In this document: piece after piece, positions 10,733-19,749 of the stretch
How the letters are laid out: every line of letters begins with the position of its first letter
How positions within the stretch are numbered: position 1 is the stretch's first letter
Assembly: GCA_051251855.1 (NCBI GenBank)
Contig: JBPOGI010000003.1
Span: forward strand, 128,001 to 192,000
DNA: 64,000 bases
DNA from: Roseibacillus sp.
Lineage (GTDB): Bacteria > Verrucomicrobiota > Verrucomicrobiia > Verrucomicrobiales > Akkermansiaceae
Direction: 5' to 3'
Notes under the pieces: generated by a model
The model's input: the letters and a program-made list of their open reading frames with translations, nothing else
Told to the model about the DNA's origin: nothing
Databases searched by the model: none
Program-made: the position numbers and the translations under genes

Positions 10733-11329
10733 ATGAGAATTTTAATTTCCTTGAGTGTGGCGGCGATAGCGCTGCTTCTATCGTCCTGCGCTGACCATTA
10801 CGTTCATGGCGGGGGTCATGGACGTGGATATACGGCTTCGACGGTGTCGATTCACGCAGGTAGCGGCGGACACGGATATTATCCTTCACGCTATGGGAGC
10901 TATGGTTACGGAGTTCCTGTTCGAAGTGTTTATCCTTCTCGCTCAGTATATCAGCCTACCCGGCAGGTCAGCTATCGCAGCGGGCATCAGAGCGCACAGA
11001 GAGGGCAGGCTTCTCGTAGGAGTCACGTGGGACATGGGTCACGGGACCAACGTCCGAGCACTCGCTCGAGCCAACGCGACCAGCGCCCAGTTCAAGCCGC
11101 ACCGCAGCGTAATCAACGCCCAGCTCCTTCCTCTCGGGGGAATGGTTCAGGGGATCGCGGTAGCCGCCAGCCTGCGAGTGTAACAATGGCGTCCTATCGT
11201 CCAGCAAGCTCTCAAGCTAGCCGCAGCTCTCGTGGAGGAGGCTCATCAACGGTATCGAGAAGCGGAAGTAGTCGTGGGAGTAGAGACGGCTCTAGCTCGA
11301 GTTCGGCTCGTGGAAATCGCGGGCGATAA
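10733..11329 (+). CDS. predicted lipoprotein with low-complexity R/S/G/Q-rich tail
   Basis: MRILISLSVAAIALLLSSC lipobox; G/Y-rich segment, then a disordered basic tail. Confidence 0.7.
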   Translation: MRILISLSVAAIALLLSSCADHYVHGGGHGRGYTASTVSIHAGSGGHGYYPSRYGSYGYGVPVRSVYPSRSVYQPTRQVSYRSGHQSAQRGQASRRSHVGHGSRDQRPSTRSSQRDQRPVQAAPQRNQRPAPSSRGNGSGDRGSRQPASVTMASYRPASSQASRSSRGGGSSTVSRSGSSRGSRDGSSSSSARGNRGR

Positions 11330-11337
11330 GCGAACGC

Positions 11338-12177
11338 TTAAGCGGCTTCGTTGTCGTTTTCTTCGCGAGCAGCGCGTTCGCGCTTGAGTTGGGCGAGGGT
11401 GATGGGCTTCCGAAAGTATTTCCGCATCGCAAGGACTCCGACGATCGCACCACCGAGGTGACAGGCATGTCCAATTTGGAAAAGACTTTCGCCTCCGCGC
11501 ATCGCAATGGCTTCGCCGAGGTTTCCGAATACGGGAATCCCAAGACCGGGAATCATCAAAAGTAAAAGGACGGTGCCTGCAATGATGCCGTTACGGAGAT
11601 TGCGGGCGCGAATGGGAAGGGGAAACATTTTCGATTCGGGCGAGACAGTTGTGAGAGCGATGAAGAGCCCCATGCCAGCTCCCGATGCTCCAATTAAGGG
11701 AGAACCGCCTTGGAAGAGGAGATGAAGGAGTCCGCCGCCCAGGGTTGCCCAAGTTGCTGTGCGCCAAACTTCTCGTTCTCCGAAGATGTCGTGGATGCGG
11801 CCTCCGAAGTAATAGAGGAAAAAGGCATTGGTGAGCCAATGAGTCAGATTTCCGTGCAGAAGGGGATGGGTGAACAGTTCCCAGAAATGCCCTTTTTGGA
11901 AAAACCCACCACGGGAAAGGCCTAGAACTTGATACCATTCTTGCAGTGGCCCTTCCGCTCCTCCTGAGAATTGAAAGGGAAGAAAGATGAGTAGAAGGCT
12001 CAGCGGAACGAGGGTGTGAAAGTTCCACCCTGGTCGAGGAAATCGAAGACGTTTCGGGCGAAACTGCATCAAGATGGGGACCACGATACAGTGAACGCCC
12101 CACAAGTGAAGAATTTGCTTAAAAAAGAGAGTCTCCCGACTGGGGATGACAGCTCTCATCAGAGCACAATGGTCCAC
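11338..12177 (-). CDS. rhomboid family intramembrane serine protease
   Basis: HPLLHGNLTHWLTN, IGASG (catalytic Ser), HLGG (catalytic His); start may be ATG 12069. Confidence 0.9.
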   Translation of the reverse strand: MDHCALMRAVIPSRETLFFKQILHLWGVHCIVVPILMQFRPKRLRFPRPGWNFHTLVPLSLLLIFLPFQFSGGAEGPLQEWYQVLGLSRGGFFQKGHFWELFTHPLLHGNLTHWLTNAFFLYYFGGRIHDIFGEREVWRTATWATLGGGLLHLLFQGGSPLIGASGAGMGLFIALTTVSPESKMFPLPIRARNLRNGIIAGTVLLLLMIPGLGIPVFGNLGEAIAMRGGESLFQIGHACHLGGAIVGVLAMRKYFRKPITLAQLKRERAAREENDNEAA

Positions 12178-12251
12178 TCATTGAGTTGGAGACAGCGTGG
12201 AAAGAGGCTCTTTAGCCTATTTCGTTACCAAAACAGGTCTGCGGCTATGGG

Positions 12252-12824
12252 CTAGCTCTCGCCCTTAGCACGTGGTTCGCCGGAGACTCGATCACCGCCT
12301 GAGCTCGTGACGAAGGGGCCGCCTTCCATGGGTGCGACACCAGTTGAGGCGACGTCGGGCATGTCAGTAGGCTTACCGGCAAGCGGGAAGTCTTTGCGTA
12401 GTGGATAGTAGGGATAGCCCTCCCACATCAAGATACGACGTAAATCGGGATGGTCCGAGAACTCGATGCCCATCATGTCGTAGACTTCGCGTTCGTGCCA
12501 GTTGGCGCTCTTCCAAATGTTGACTGCGGTGGGCACTTTGCCGCCTTCTTCCACTTTGGAGCGGATGCGGAGATGTTTGGAGTCATCGACGTTGGCGAGC
12601 TCGTAGACCATCTCGAAGCGAGGCTCCTCTTGGTCGTGGTCGATGCTGGAGATATCGATGAGAAAGTCGTAACCGAGGGCGAAAGCTTCCTTGAGAGCGG
12701 CTTCTAAGGAGTCGAGTTCGACTACCACGGTGGTCTCGTTGCGGAATTCGACAGTTTCGAGAAGGGCGGAACCCAACTTCTCACGGAGAGAGTCGACGTC
12801 AGCGGAAATCAATTCGGAGTTCAT
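12252..12824 (-). CDS. nuoC: NADH-quinone oxidoreductase subunit C
   Basis: [35 protein letters not shown]. Confidence 0.96.
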   Translation of the reverse strand: MNSELISADVDSLREKLGSALLETVEFRNETTVVVELDSLEAALKEAFALGYDFLIDISSIDHDQEEPRFEMVYELANVDDSKHLRIRSKVEEGGKVPTAVNIWKSANWHEREVYDMMGIEFSDHPDLRRILMWEGYPYYPLRKDFPLAGKPTDMPDVASTGVAPMEGGPFVTSSGGDRVSGEPRAKGES

Positions 12825-13366
12825 GCTTCGACGGTTTTTTCTTCTTTGCTTTGGTTAAAGATGGATTCGCCTTCGATTTTTCGCTGCAAACGCATCAAGC
12901 CTTCGAGGAGAGCCTCGGGGCGAGGAGGGCAGCCAGAGATGTAAACGTCCACAGGAATGAGGTTATCGATGCCTTGAAGGACGGCGTAGCTACGATACAT
13001 ACCTCCAGAGGAGGCGCAGGCACCCATGGCGATACACCACTTAGGCTCAGGCATTTGGTCCCAAACGCGTTTGACGGCGAGGGCCATTTTGTAGGTCACG
13101 GTGCCGGAGACAATCATCACGTCCGACTGGCGGGGCGAAAAGCGCATGACCTCAGCGCCGAAGCGGGAGATATCATAACGAGAAGCCCCGGTAGCCATGA
13201 GCTCGATGGCGCAACAGGCGAGACCCATGGGCATTGGCCAGAGGGAGTTCTTGCGCATCCAATTGACGGCAGAATCCACGCGGGTAAAGATGATGTTGCC
13301 CTCGATTTTGGAATCGTAGGCAGCATGCGCTTCGGCAGAACCTCCGGAAGTATCGCTCGTGACCAT
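12821..13366 (-). CDS. nuoB: NADH-quinone oxidoreductase subunit B
   Basis: [30 protein letters not shown] Fe-S motifs. Confidence 0.97.
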   Translation of the reverse strand: MVTSDTSGGSAEAHAAYDSKIEGNIIFTRVDSAVNWMRKNSLWPMPMGLACCAIELMATGASRYDISRFGAEVMRFSPRQSDVMIVSGTVTYKMALAVKRVWDQMPEPKWCIAMGACASSGGMYRSYAVLQGIDNLIPVDVYISGCPPRPEALLEGLMRLQRKIEGESIFNQSKEEKTVEA

Positions 13367-13492
13367 AACGGCGGCACTTTACCCTGCCCAAACCGACTCA
13401 CAAGCCCGACTTTGTGAAATTTTTCACAAGGTCTTCGCGGGGAGTCCGCATTTTTCTGGCAAATCACAATTCTTTCGGGAACAACCCTTCCC

Positions 13493-14272
13493 ATGAACCG
13501 ACCCGATGGACGCCAGAACGACGAAATGCGCGAGCTCACCTTCACGCCCAATGTGGCCCCGAATTCTTCGGGATCGGTGTTGGTTTCGTTTGGAAATACC
13601 CGTGTGATTTGTGCGGCTACGATTGAAGAGTCGGTGCCGGGCTGGATGCGGTATCAAAAGGTGGAGGGCGGTTGGCTGACGGCGGAGTATTCCATGCTCC
13701 CGTATTCGACCCATGACCGGAAGCGCCGTGATATTTCCAGTGGCAGATTAGATGGGCGTTCTTCTGAGATTCAAAGACTCATTGGTCGTTCTTTGCGGGC
13801 GGTAGTGGATTTGAAAAAGCTGGGATCACGGACCATCTGGCTCGATTGCGATGTGCTGCAGGCTGATGGCGGAACTCGGACGGCTTCGATCACTGGGGGT
13901 TGCGTTGCCATTGCCATCGCCATCAACAAGCTGATGGCGGAGGGGAAGTTGAATGATTTTCCGATGAAGAGCCTCATTTCCGCGATTTCCTGTGGCGTTT
14001 ACGAAGGCGAAGTGGTCCTTGACCTCAACTACCCCGAGGACAAAGCCGCAACCGTCGATTCGAACCTCGTGATGACGGAGTCGCTCCAGTTCGTGGAAAT
14101 GCAAATGTCCGGCGAAGAAGCCACCTTTACCGACGAGCAAATGGCCGAAATGGTCAAAATGGGTAAAAAGGGTTGTTCTGAAATCACTGCGAAGCAGAAG
14201 GAAGCGATCCTCGCTGCTGATAAGGCAGGTCCCGCTGATTTAGAAGACCTCGCCTCGGCCTTTGGACGGTAG
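13493..14272 (+). CDS. rph: ribonuclease PH
   Basis: RPDGR, TAEYSMLP, EIQRLIGRSLRA, DCDVLQADGGTRTASITG. Confidence 0.97.
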   Translation: MNRPDGRQNDEMRELTFTPNVAPNSSGSVLVSFGNTRVICAATIEESVPGWMRYQKVEGGWLTAEYSMLPYSTHDRKRRDISSGRLDGRSSEIQRLIGRSLRAVVDLKKLGSRTIWLDCDVLQADGGTRTASITGGCVAIAIAINKLMAEGKLNDFPMKSLISAISCGVYEGEVVLDLNYPEDKAATVDSNLVMTESLQFVEMQMSGEEATFTDEQMAEMVKMGKKGCSEITAKQKEAILAADKAGPADLEDLASAFGR

Positions 14273-14298
14273 GGGGAGCACTTTGTTTTGAAGCGCTT

Positions 14299-15984
14299 TT
14301 ACTCGTCCAACTCGATTCGGTAGAAGTAGTGTGGCTCTTCTGGCGCGGTCAGTTTCAGCACTGCTCGGTAGTAGCCGGGATTCAGTTCGCTGAAGATGGT
14401 GGCTGCAGAATGATCGGTATTAAAGCGTAAGTCATTGGAGCCTTTGAGCTGCCATCCGGTGAGCCCGGCCTCGGCGGTAAATTCGATGAGGTGTTCAATG
14501 GCGTTCTTCTGGAAAAGGACGATGTCGAGAGGGCGGGAGAACTTGAAGAGGTAGGCAGAGCCGATGTCATCCCCGTTTGGGGGGCCGATAGCAGGGTCTA
14601 CCCCATACGCGGCTCTGTCCTCTTGGGGAGCACCGATGAGGGCGACGTCGCCATCTAAGGCAACCGCTGTACCAAAGGCGTCCCCCGTTTCCAGATTGTC
14701 AGGAATGAAGTCAGCTTGTGGCGTCCAAGCCCCAGCCTGTCGCCGAAAAAGATAGGCCCTTCCGGTATCGGAGGTGTGCCAAGGAGCGCCCGCGAGCAAG
14801 AGTTGTCCCGAGAGGGAGACCGAGGCTCCAAAACCGGGGTCGGGATCGGCTCCGACTGGCTTTAAGATCGCCTGCCCCACCCAAGTCGCCCCAGAACGAA
14901 CGTAAACATAGACGGCCCCTTCATTCGAATCTTGCTCGGGAGCACCAACGGCCACCGTCTCGCCTGAGACCGAAACCGACATGCCAAAGGCGGCATCCTC
15001 CTGTGGATTGGCGGCCTTAAGGTAAGCCTTCTCACTCCAGACTCCAGCGGCATTGCGCACAAAGATGTAGGCCGCACCTGAGTCGCTCAGGCCATCGCCA
15101 TTTTCGGTTGGATTTGCACCCGAGCCGCTCGAATCTTCGTTAATGCTTCCAATCACAGCCACCGAGCCGTCCAAGGCGACAGCGCCTCCAAACTCATCGC
15201 CATCTCCAGTATTAGAGGGCTTGAGATACGCGGTCTGTGACCAGACATCGGAGCTATCGCGTTCGAAGACATAGACGGCCCCTGCCTTTGTCAGGTCGTT
15301 ATTAGATTCTGAACCGTTGACCCCAGCAGTTCTGCTTTGCTCACTCGTGGCACCGACAAGGATGGTGTCTCCCGAGATGGCTACGGAGTAACCGAAGTTG
15401 TCACCATCGTCCGTGTTAGAGGCTTTGAGATACGCCTGCTGGGACCAATCTCCGGAGCTATCTCTCACAAAGACATAGGCAGCGCCGGCATTGGTGAAGC
15501 TGGAGTCAGATTCATCGCCATTGACTCCCGTGGCATTGCTTCGCTCTCCTCTGGCACCGACGACAATGGTATCTTCATCAATGGCTACCGAATGACCAAA
15601 CAACTCGCCGCTGCCTCCACTGGTAGCTTTGAGGTAGGTAGTTTCCACCCAACCAGAGCCATCGTTGTGGTAGATGTAGGCGGCCCCCTGGCTGGAGGAG
15701 TCTTCGTTTTGCAGATTGTTACCGATGCCATCCGAGTTGCTGTCTTCGGCGCCAACCCCGATGACGGCATAGGAGCCCGAGATTGCGACAGCATCGCCAT
15801 AGTTCTCGTCGACGCAGGGGCAGAATGAAGAGCTTTTGAGATAGTGAAGTTGATCGACGAGCAGTTCAGCTTGGGCTGAGAAACAGAGAAGGGGGAGGAA
15901 AAGTCGTGGAAATATGTTCATGGGGGGGGTGCCTTTATATGGGGATACCATCGCGGACTCGCTTTCTGACACCGAAGATTCCAT
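14299..15984 (-). CDS. secreted FG-GAP (integrin-alpha-like) beta-propeller repeat protein
   Basis: About seven repeats of YLKASN..GD.FG.SVA.SGD...VGA...GAAYVF; the signal peptide starts at the internal MNIFPRL. Confidence 0.9.
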   Translation of the reverse strand: MESSVSESESAMVSPYKGTPPMNIFPRLFLPLLCFSAQAELLVDQLHYLKSSSFCPCVDENYGDAVAISGSYAVIGVGAEDSNSDGIGNNLQNEDSSSQGAAYIYHNDGSGWVETTYLKATSGGSGELFGHSVAIDEDTIVVGARGERSNATGVNGDESDSSFTNAGAAYVFVRDSSGDWSQQAYLKASNTDDGDNFGYSVAISGDTILVGATSEQSRTAGVNGSESNNDLTKAGAVYVFERDSSDVWSQTAYLKPSNTGDGDEFGGAVALDGSVAVIGSINEDSSGSGANPTENGDGLSDSGAAYIFVRNAAGVWSEKAYLKAANPQEDAAFGMSVSVSGETVAVGAPEQDSNEGAVYVYVRSGATWVGQAILKPVGADPDPGFGASVSLSGQLLLAGAPWHTSDTGRAYLFRRQAGAWTPQADFIPDNLETGDAFGTAVALDGDVALIGAPQEDRAAYGVDPAIGPPNGDDIGSAYLFKFSRPLDIVLFQKNAIEHLIEFTAEAGLTGWQLKGSNDLRFNTDHSAATIFSELNPGYYRAVLKLTAPEEPHYFYRIELDE

Positions 15985-16082
15985 GGTCTCTCAGTTCCCG
16001 CCGCTGTGGGTGATTTTCTCTGGTGGCTTGGCTCGGCTTTTTCCTTGTGAAGCATGGCGTGGGGCATACTTTTGGTGCCCCA

Positions 16083-17573
16083 ATGAACAAGTGGCAGTTT
16101 CTTCTTTTGATGGCCTTTGCAGTTCCATTGCTACCCAAGGTTCTAGCAGAGCCAGGAGCGACCACAGAGGGGCGCTTCTATCGGATGACGAAGAGCGAAA
16201 TCCAATTCTACGTTGATGGGGAGAGGCATGAATTCAAGGAGGCAAAGACGGAGGTGTGCAACATCTCGGCTGGGAGTGTGGTGGTTGTGAAATACCGGAG
16301 TCGTTTTGTCTACACCGCCGCCTTATGCGCGTTTGTGTATCAGGACCGATCCAACTGGATTCCGATCCATCGTCCAAATTTAAGAGTTCTAGACAATACT
16401 CTCGACCCAAAAGAGGTTACTGCGGAGATGATCGAGAACTCCGCCACAACTCCTCCCGGCGGGAGGCTGGGGAAACCTTTTGCCGCCGCCTGGGAGAACC
16501 ATGACCTTCCTTCCGTTCCTGCAAACGAATGGTTTGGAGTCTCTAGAAAGAACGAATGGGGTTTGTACGGCTTTGTCGTCACTGAGGAAAAAGTGAAGCC
16601 GCTGACGGTGCCGAGGAAGTCGGCTTCGACCCAGCTTTTGACTCATGAGCAACTTTCGGGAATCGTGCTCATTGAAGGCGATGAGGGAGTGGGGAGTGGA
16701 TTTCTAACAGAGGTTGAAGATGAGCTTTGCGTGGTTACCAATTTGCACGTGCTTGGGAATAATAAGAAGTTCACGATCACGACTCTTTCGGGCCAAGAGG
16801 TGAAGGTGGATGTTAAAAGCATCAAGGGGGCAATCGGTGCTGATATCGCTTTGCTGGGAGTGGCGGAAGGACACGAGGAGTTGTTCGCTTTGGCTTCCTC
16901 TGAGGATGTGCTGGAGACGACCGCGATTGGAAAGAAGGTCGTTGTGGTGGGCAACCGATTAGGGGGAGGGGTGGCGACTCAGACTCTGGGACAGGTGAGA
17001 GGGATAGGGCCCACTCGGATTGAGGTGGATGCCCAGTTTCAATCGGGGAATAGTGGAAGACCTATCTACGATATCGAGAGTTCTGAGGTTGTGGGTGTGG
17101 CTTCCTATACCGAGACCATTCCAGCGGCAAAGATTGGAGGAGACAAGGTAAAGGACCTAAAGCTCGATGCGGAAACACGCTGGTTTGGTTATCGCATTGA
17201 TACGGTGAAGAAGTGGCAAGCGATTGAGTGGGGGAAATGGCGTCAGCAAGTCACCGCATTGGATGGATACTATCAGGCTTCCAGGAGTGGCCTTTCTGTT
17301 TTGCAGGGGAAGTTGGGGGACGACTTGGAGGATGAGACCGTCGAGAAGATGGTGGCTTCCTTTAAGCGGCAGAAATATCGTTTTGGTAATAATGGGGAAA
17401 CGAGAGCTCTGTTGTCTTCGGTTTCAGGTTACTTGAATTCAAGGAAGGCGGAGATGGACCGGATCCGGTTCTACCATTATTTTCAGGACTGTCCTTATTG
17501 GTCCACAAATGTTGCCGATCAGAAAGAGTTTAGGGCCGACTTAATTGAGGCCATGAATGAGGCTTTCAATTGA
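16083..17573 (+). CDS. secreted trypsin-like (S1) serine protease with extra N-terminal domain
   Basis: Signal MNKWQFLLL; GSGF, TNLHV (His), ADIALL (Asp), GNSG (Ser). Confidence 0.85.
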   Translation: MNKWQFLLLMAFAVPLLPKVLAEPGATTEGRFYRMTKSEIQFYVDGERHEFKEAKTEVCNISAGSVVVVKYRSRFVYTAALCAFVYQDRSNWIPIHRPNLRVLDNTLDPKEVTAEMIENSATTPPGGRLGKPFAAAWENHDLPSVPANEWFGVSRKNEWGLYGFVVTEEKVKPLTVPRKSASTQLLTHEQLSGIVLIEGDEGVGSGFLTEVEDELCVVTNLHVLGNNKKFTITTLSGQEVKVDVKSIKGAIGADIALLGVAEGHEELFALASSEDVLETTAIGKKVVVVGNRLGGGVATQTLGQVRGIGPTRIEVDAQFQSGNSGRPIYDIESSEVVGVASYTETIPAAKIGGDKVKDLKLDAETRWFGYRIDTVKKWQAIEWGKWRQQVTALDGYYQASRSGLSVLQGKLGDDLEDETVEKMVASFKRQKYRFGNNGETRALLSSVSGYLNSRKAEMDRIRFYHYFQDCPYWSTNVADQKEFRADLIEAMNEAFN

Positions 17574-17608
17574 GTTGATTCGGTTCTTTGGAGCTGACGG
17601 TCCGGTGT

Positions 17609-17628
17609 CAGGGACAGGAATGTCCCTG
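17609..17628. repeat. perfect hairpin CAGGGACA-GGAA-TGTCCCTG between convergent genes (REP-like or terminator)
   Basis: 8-bp perfect inverted repeat with a GGAA loop in the short gap between the protease and argH stops. Confidence 0.6.
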
Positions 17629-17635
17629 CTCCGTT

Positions 17636-19030
17636 TTAACCGATGGCCGCTTGCCATCTTGCGATCTCGGCTCTGACGTTGTTGGGGCTGGGGGCTCCGG
17701 GGTTGGTGCGGGCGCGCAGGGCGGTGGCGAGGTCGAAGACGGCGTTGGCCTCAGGCTTGTAGGCGGGGTCGATCTTGGTGAGGTCGAGTTGATCGAGAGG
17801 AGTGTTGGTGGCGATGGCTTCGGCGACGGCCCTACCTACAAGATCGTGGGCCTGCCGGAAGGGAACGCCTTCGCGGACCAGCCAGTCGGCGAGGTCGGTG
17901 GCGAGGAGCATGGGGTCAGCGGCTGCTTGGGCGCAGTTGGCGGTGTGAATGGTCATCGCTTCGACCATCTCAGCATTCACTTTGAGGGTGAGGACGATGG
18001 TGTCGATACTGTCGAAAAGGGGTTCTTTGTCCTCCTGAAGATCACGGTTATAGGTGAGGGGAAGGCCTTTGAGGGCGGTGAGGAGGGCCATCAGGTTACC
18101 GAAGAGACGACCGGTCTTTCCACGAGTAATCTCGGAGACGTCAGGGTTTTTCTTTTGCGGCATGAGGGAGCTTCCGGTGGTGTGAGCATCGGAGAGGGTG
18201 ACGAAGTGGAACTCGGCGCTGGACCAGAGAATGAGGTCTTCAGAGAGACGGGAAAGGTGGGCGCCGACGAGAGCGAGGTTGAAGAGGATCTCGGCAAGGT
18301 AGTCGCGGTCCGAGATGGCGTCCATGGAGTTGGTGGTAACAGCGTCGAAGCCTAGTTCGCTGGCGATGGCTTGGCGATCGAGGTTGATGGTGGAACCAGC
18401 TAAAGCACCGGAGCCGAGAGGGCAGACGTTGAGTCGTTTACGGGTGTCGGCGAGACGGCTGACATCGCGAGAAAGCATTTCGACGTAGGCGAGGAGGTGA
18501 TGACCTACGGTGACGGGTTGGCCCCGTTGAAGGTGGGTGTATCCAGGGATGGGATCTTCGGCGTGTTTGTCGGCTTGGCTTAGGAGGGCTTTTTGAAGGC
18601 TGATGACGAGGCCGGTCATTTCGTCGATGGCCTCGCGACAATAGAGACGAGTGTCGGTGGCGACTTGGTCGTTGCGGGAGCGCGCGGTGTGGAGCTTGGC
18701 CCCGGTGGGACCGATGTCGGTGGTGAGAGCGGACTCGATGTTGAGGTGAATATCTTCTAGCTCGGTGGAGAATTCGAATTCGCCTTTTTCGATTCGCTCT
18801 TGGATAGCTTCGAGGCCGGCCTCGATTTTGGAGAACTCCTCTTCGGTCAAGATGCCAGCGGCTACCTGAGCACGAGCATGAGCGATCGAGCCCCGAATAT
18901 CGTGCTTATAGAGACGCCAATCAAAGGAGATAGATTCTCCGAATTGTTGGACGAGATCAGCGGTTTGTTGAGCGAAGCGGCCTTTCCACATAGAGGAGGG
19001 CAGAATGAACATCGAACGCTCAAGGTCCAA
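17636..19030 (-). CDS. argH: argininosuccinate lyase
   Basis: MWKGRF, HTARSRNDQV, GSSLMPQKKNPD, YNRDLQEDK; true start probably at MWKGRF. Confidence 0.98.
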   Translation of the reverse strand: MDLERSMFILPSSMWKGRFAQQTADLVQQFGESISFDWRLYKHDIRGSIAHARAQVAAGILTEEEFSKIEAGLEAIQERIEKGEFEFSTELEDIHLNIESALTTDIGPTGAKLHTARSRNDQVATDTRLYCREAIDEMTGLVISLQKALLSQADKHAEDPIPGYTHLQRGQPVTVGHHLLAYVEMLSRDVSRLADTRKRLNVCPLGSGALAGSTINLDRQAIASELGFDAVTTNSMDAISDRDYLAEILFNLALVGAHLSRLSEDLILWSSAEFHFVTLSDAHTTGSSLMPQKKNPDVSEITRGKTGRLFGNLMALLTALKGLPLTYNRDLQEDKEPLFDSIDTIVLTLKVNAEMVEAMTIHTANCAQAAADPMLLATDLADWLVREGVPFRQAHDLVGRAVAEAIATNTPLDQLDLTKIDPAYKPEANAVFDLATALRARTNPGAPSPNNVRAEIARWQAAIG

Positions 19031-19058
19031 CCTAGAACGTTGAATTTTTTCTAGGGGA

Positions 19059-19466
19059 CTAGCCGAAGGAGAAGCCGGGGTCCATGCAACGGGCTTGCTC
19101 GCTCTTAGTCCATGCAGTGATAGTCATTCCGTAGAACAGTTTCACCTCTCGCGCGAGGTGGGTGTAATGGGAAAAACCGAGGAGAGAGACAATTTGGTCA
19201 GCTCCATAACCCATCCGCAGATAGCGCTGAGCTAAAATAATTCGATGTCTACGGAAATATTCTTTGGGGCCAGATCCGGTAGCTTTTTTGATGGCGTTCT
19301 CCAATTCTTGCACTTGCGCGCCCACTGCGGAAGCGACGGCAGCGACTTTAAATTGATTTTGTTCGGCTAAAGTCATGATGTCCTGACCATCCTCGGTTAG
19401 TAACCGGTGACCATCCCTAATCAATTTAAGAGAGGCTTTACGTTGATTTTTTTCCGCCATTTCCAA
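19059..19466 (-). CDS. stand-alone AraC-type helix-turn-helix protein
   Basis: KKATGSGPKEYFRRHRI...LGFSHYTHLAREVKLFYGMT AraC signature; no sensor domain. Confidence 0.8.
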   Translation of the reverse strand: MEMAEKNQRKASLKLIRDGHRLLTEDGQDIMTLAEQNQFKVAAVASAVGAQVQELENAIKKATGSGPKEYFRRHRIILAQRYLRMGYGADQIVSLLGFSHYTHLAREVKLFYGMTITAWTKSEQARCMDPGFSFG

Positions 19467-19749
19467 AGAAATTGCCTGAAAACACGGGGTTTGTCCACCA
19501 AATAGTAAAGAAAATGTGACTTCTTAACTCACTTAGAATCAGGATTCTTTTGAAATAAACTTAAAAATAATGTCCCAAAATCCGAAATATTTTGAACTTT
19601 TCAAGGCTTGGGGTTTCGAATCAAACATACATCAGCATTCATAGAAGGCGTAGATTTTGGACTGAAATATAGTCTAGGATCGAAGTCTTTTAGCAAATGT
19701 CTCGTTTTTCTCGAAAACAACAACTTCACACCAAAACCAGTTATACCCA
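19467..19749. promoter_or_regulatory. AT-rich divergent promoter region
   Basis: About 280-nt intergenic stretch, visibly far more AT-rich than its flanks, between the divergent AraC gene and the methyltransferase operon. Confidence 0.55.

Noticed and set aside
14299..15984. DNA-level repeats as a mobile or repeat element
   Set aside because: Explained by FG-GAP propeller blades within one protein
17588..18355. 255-aa + strand ORF
   Set aside because: Antisense shadow of argH
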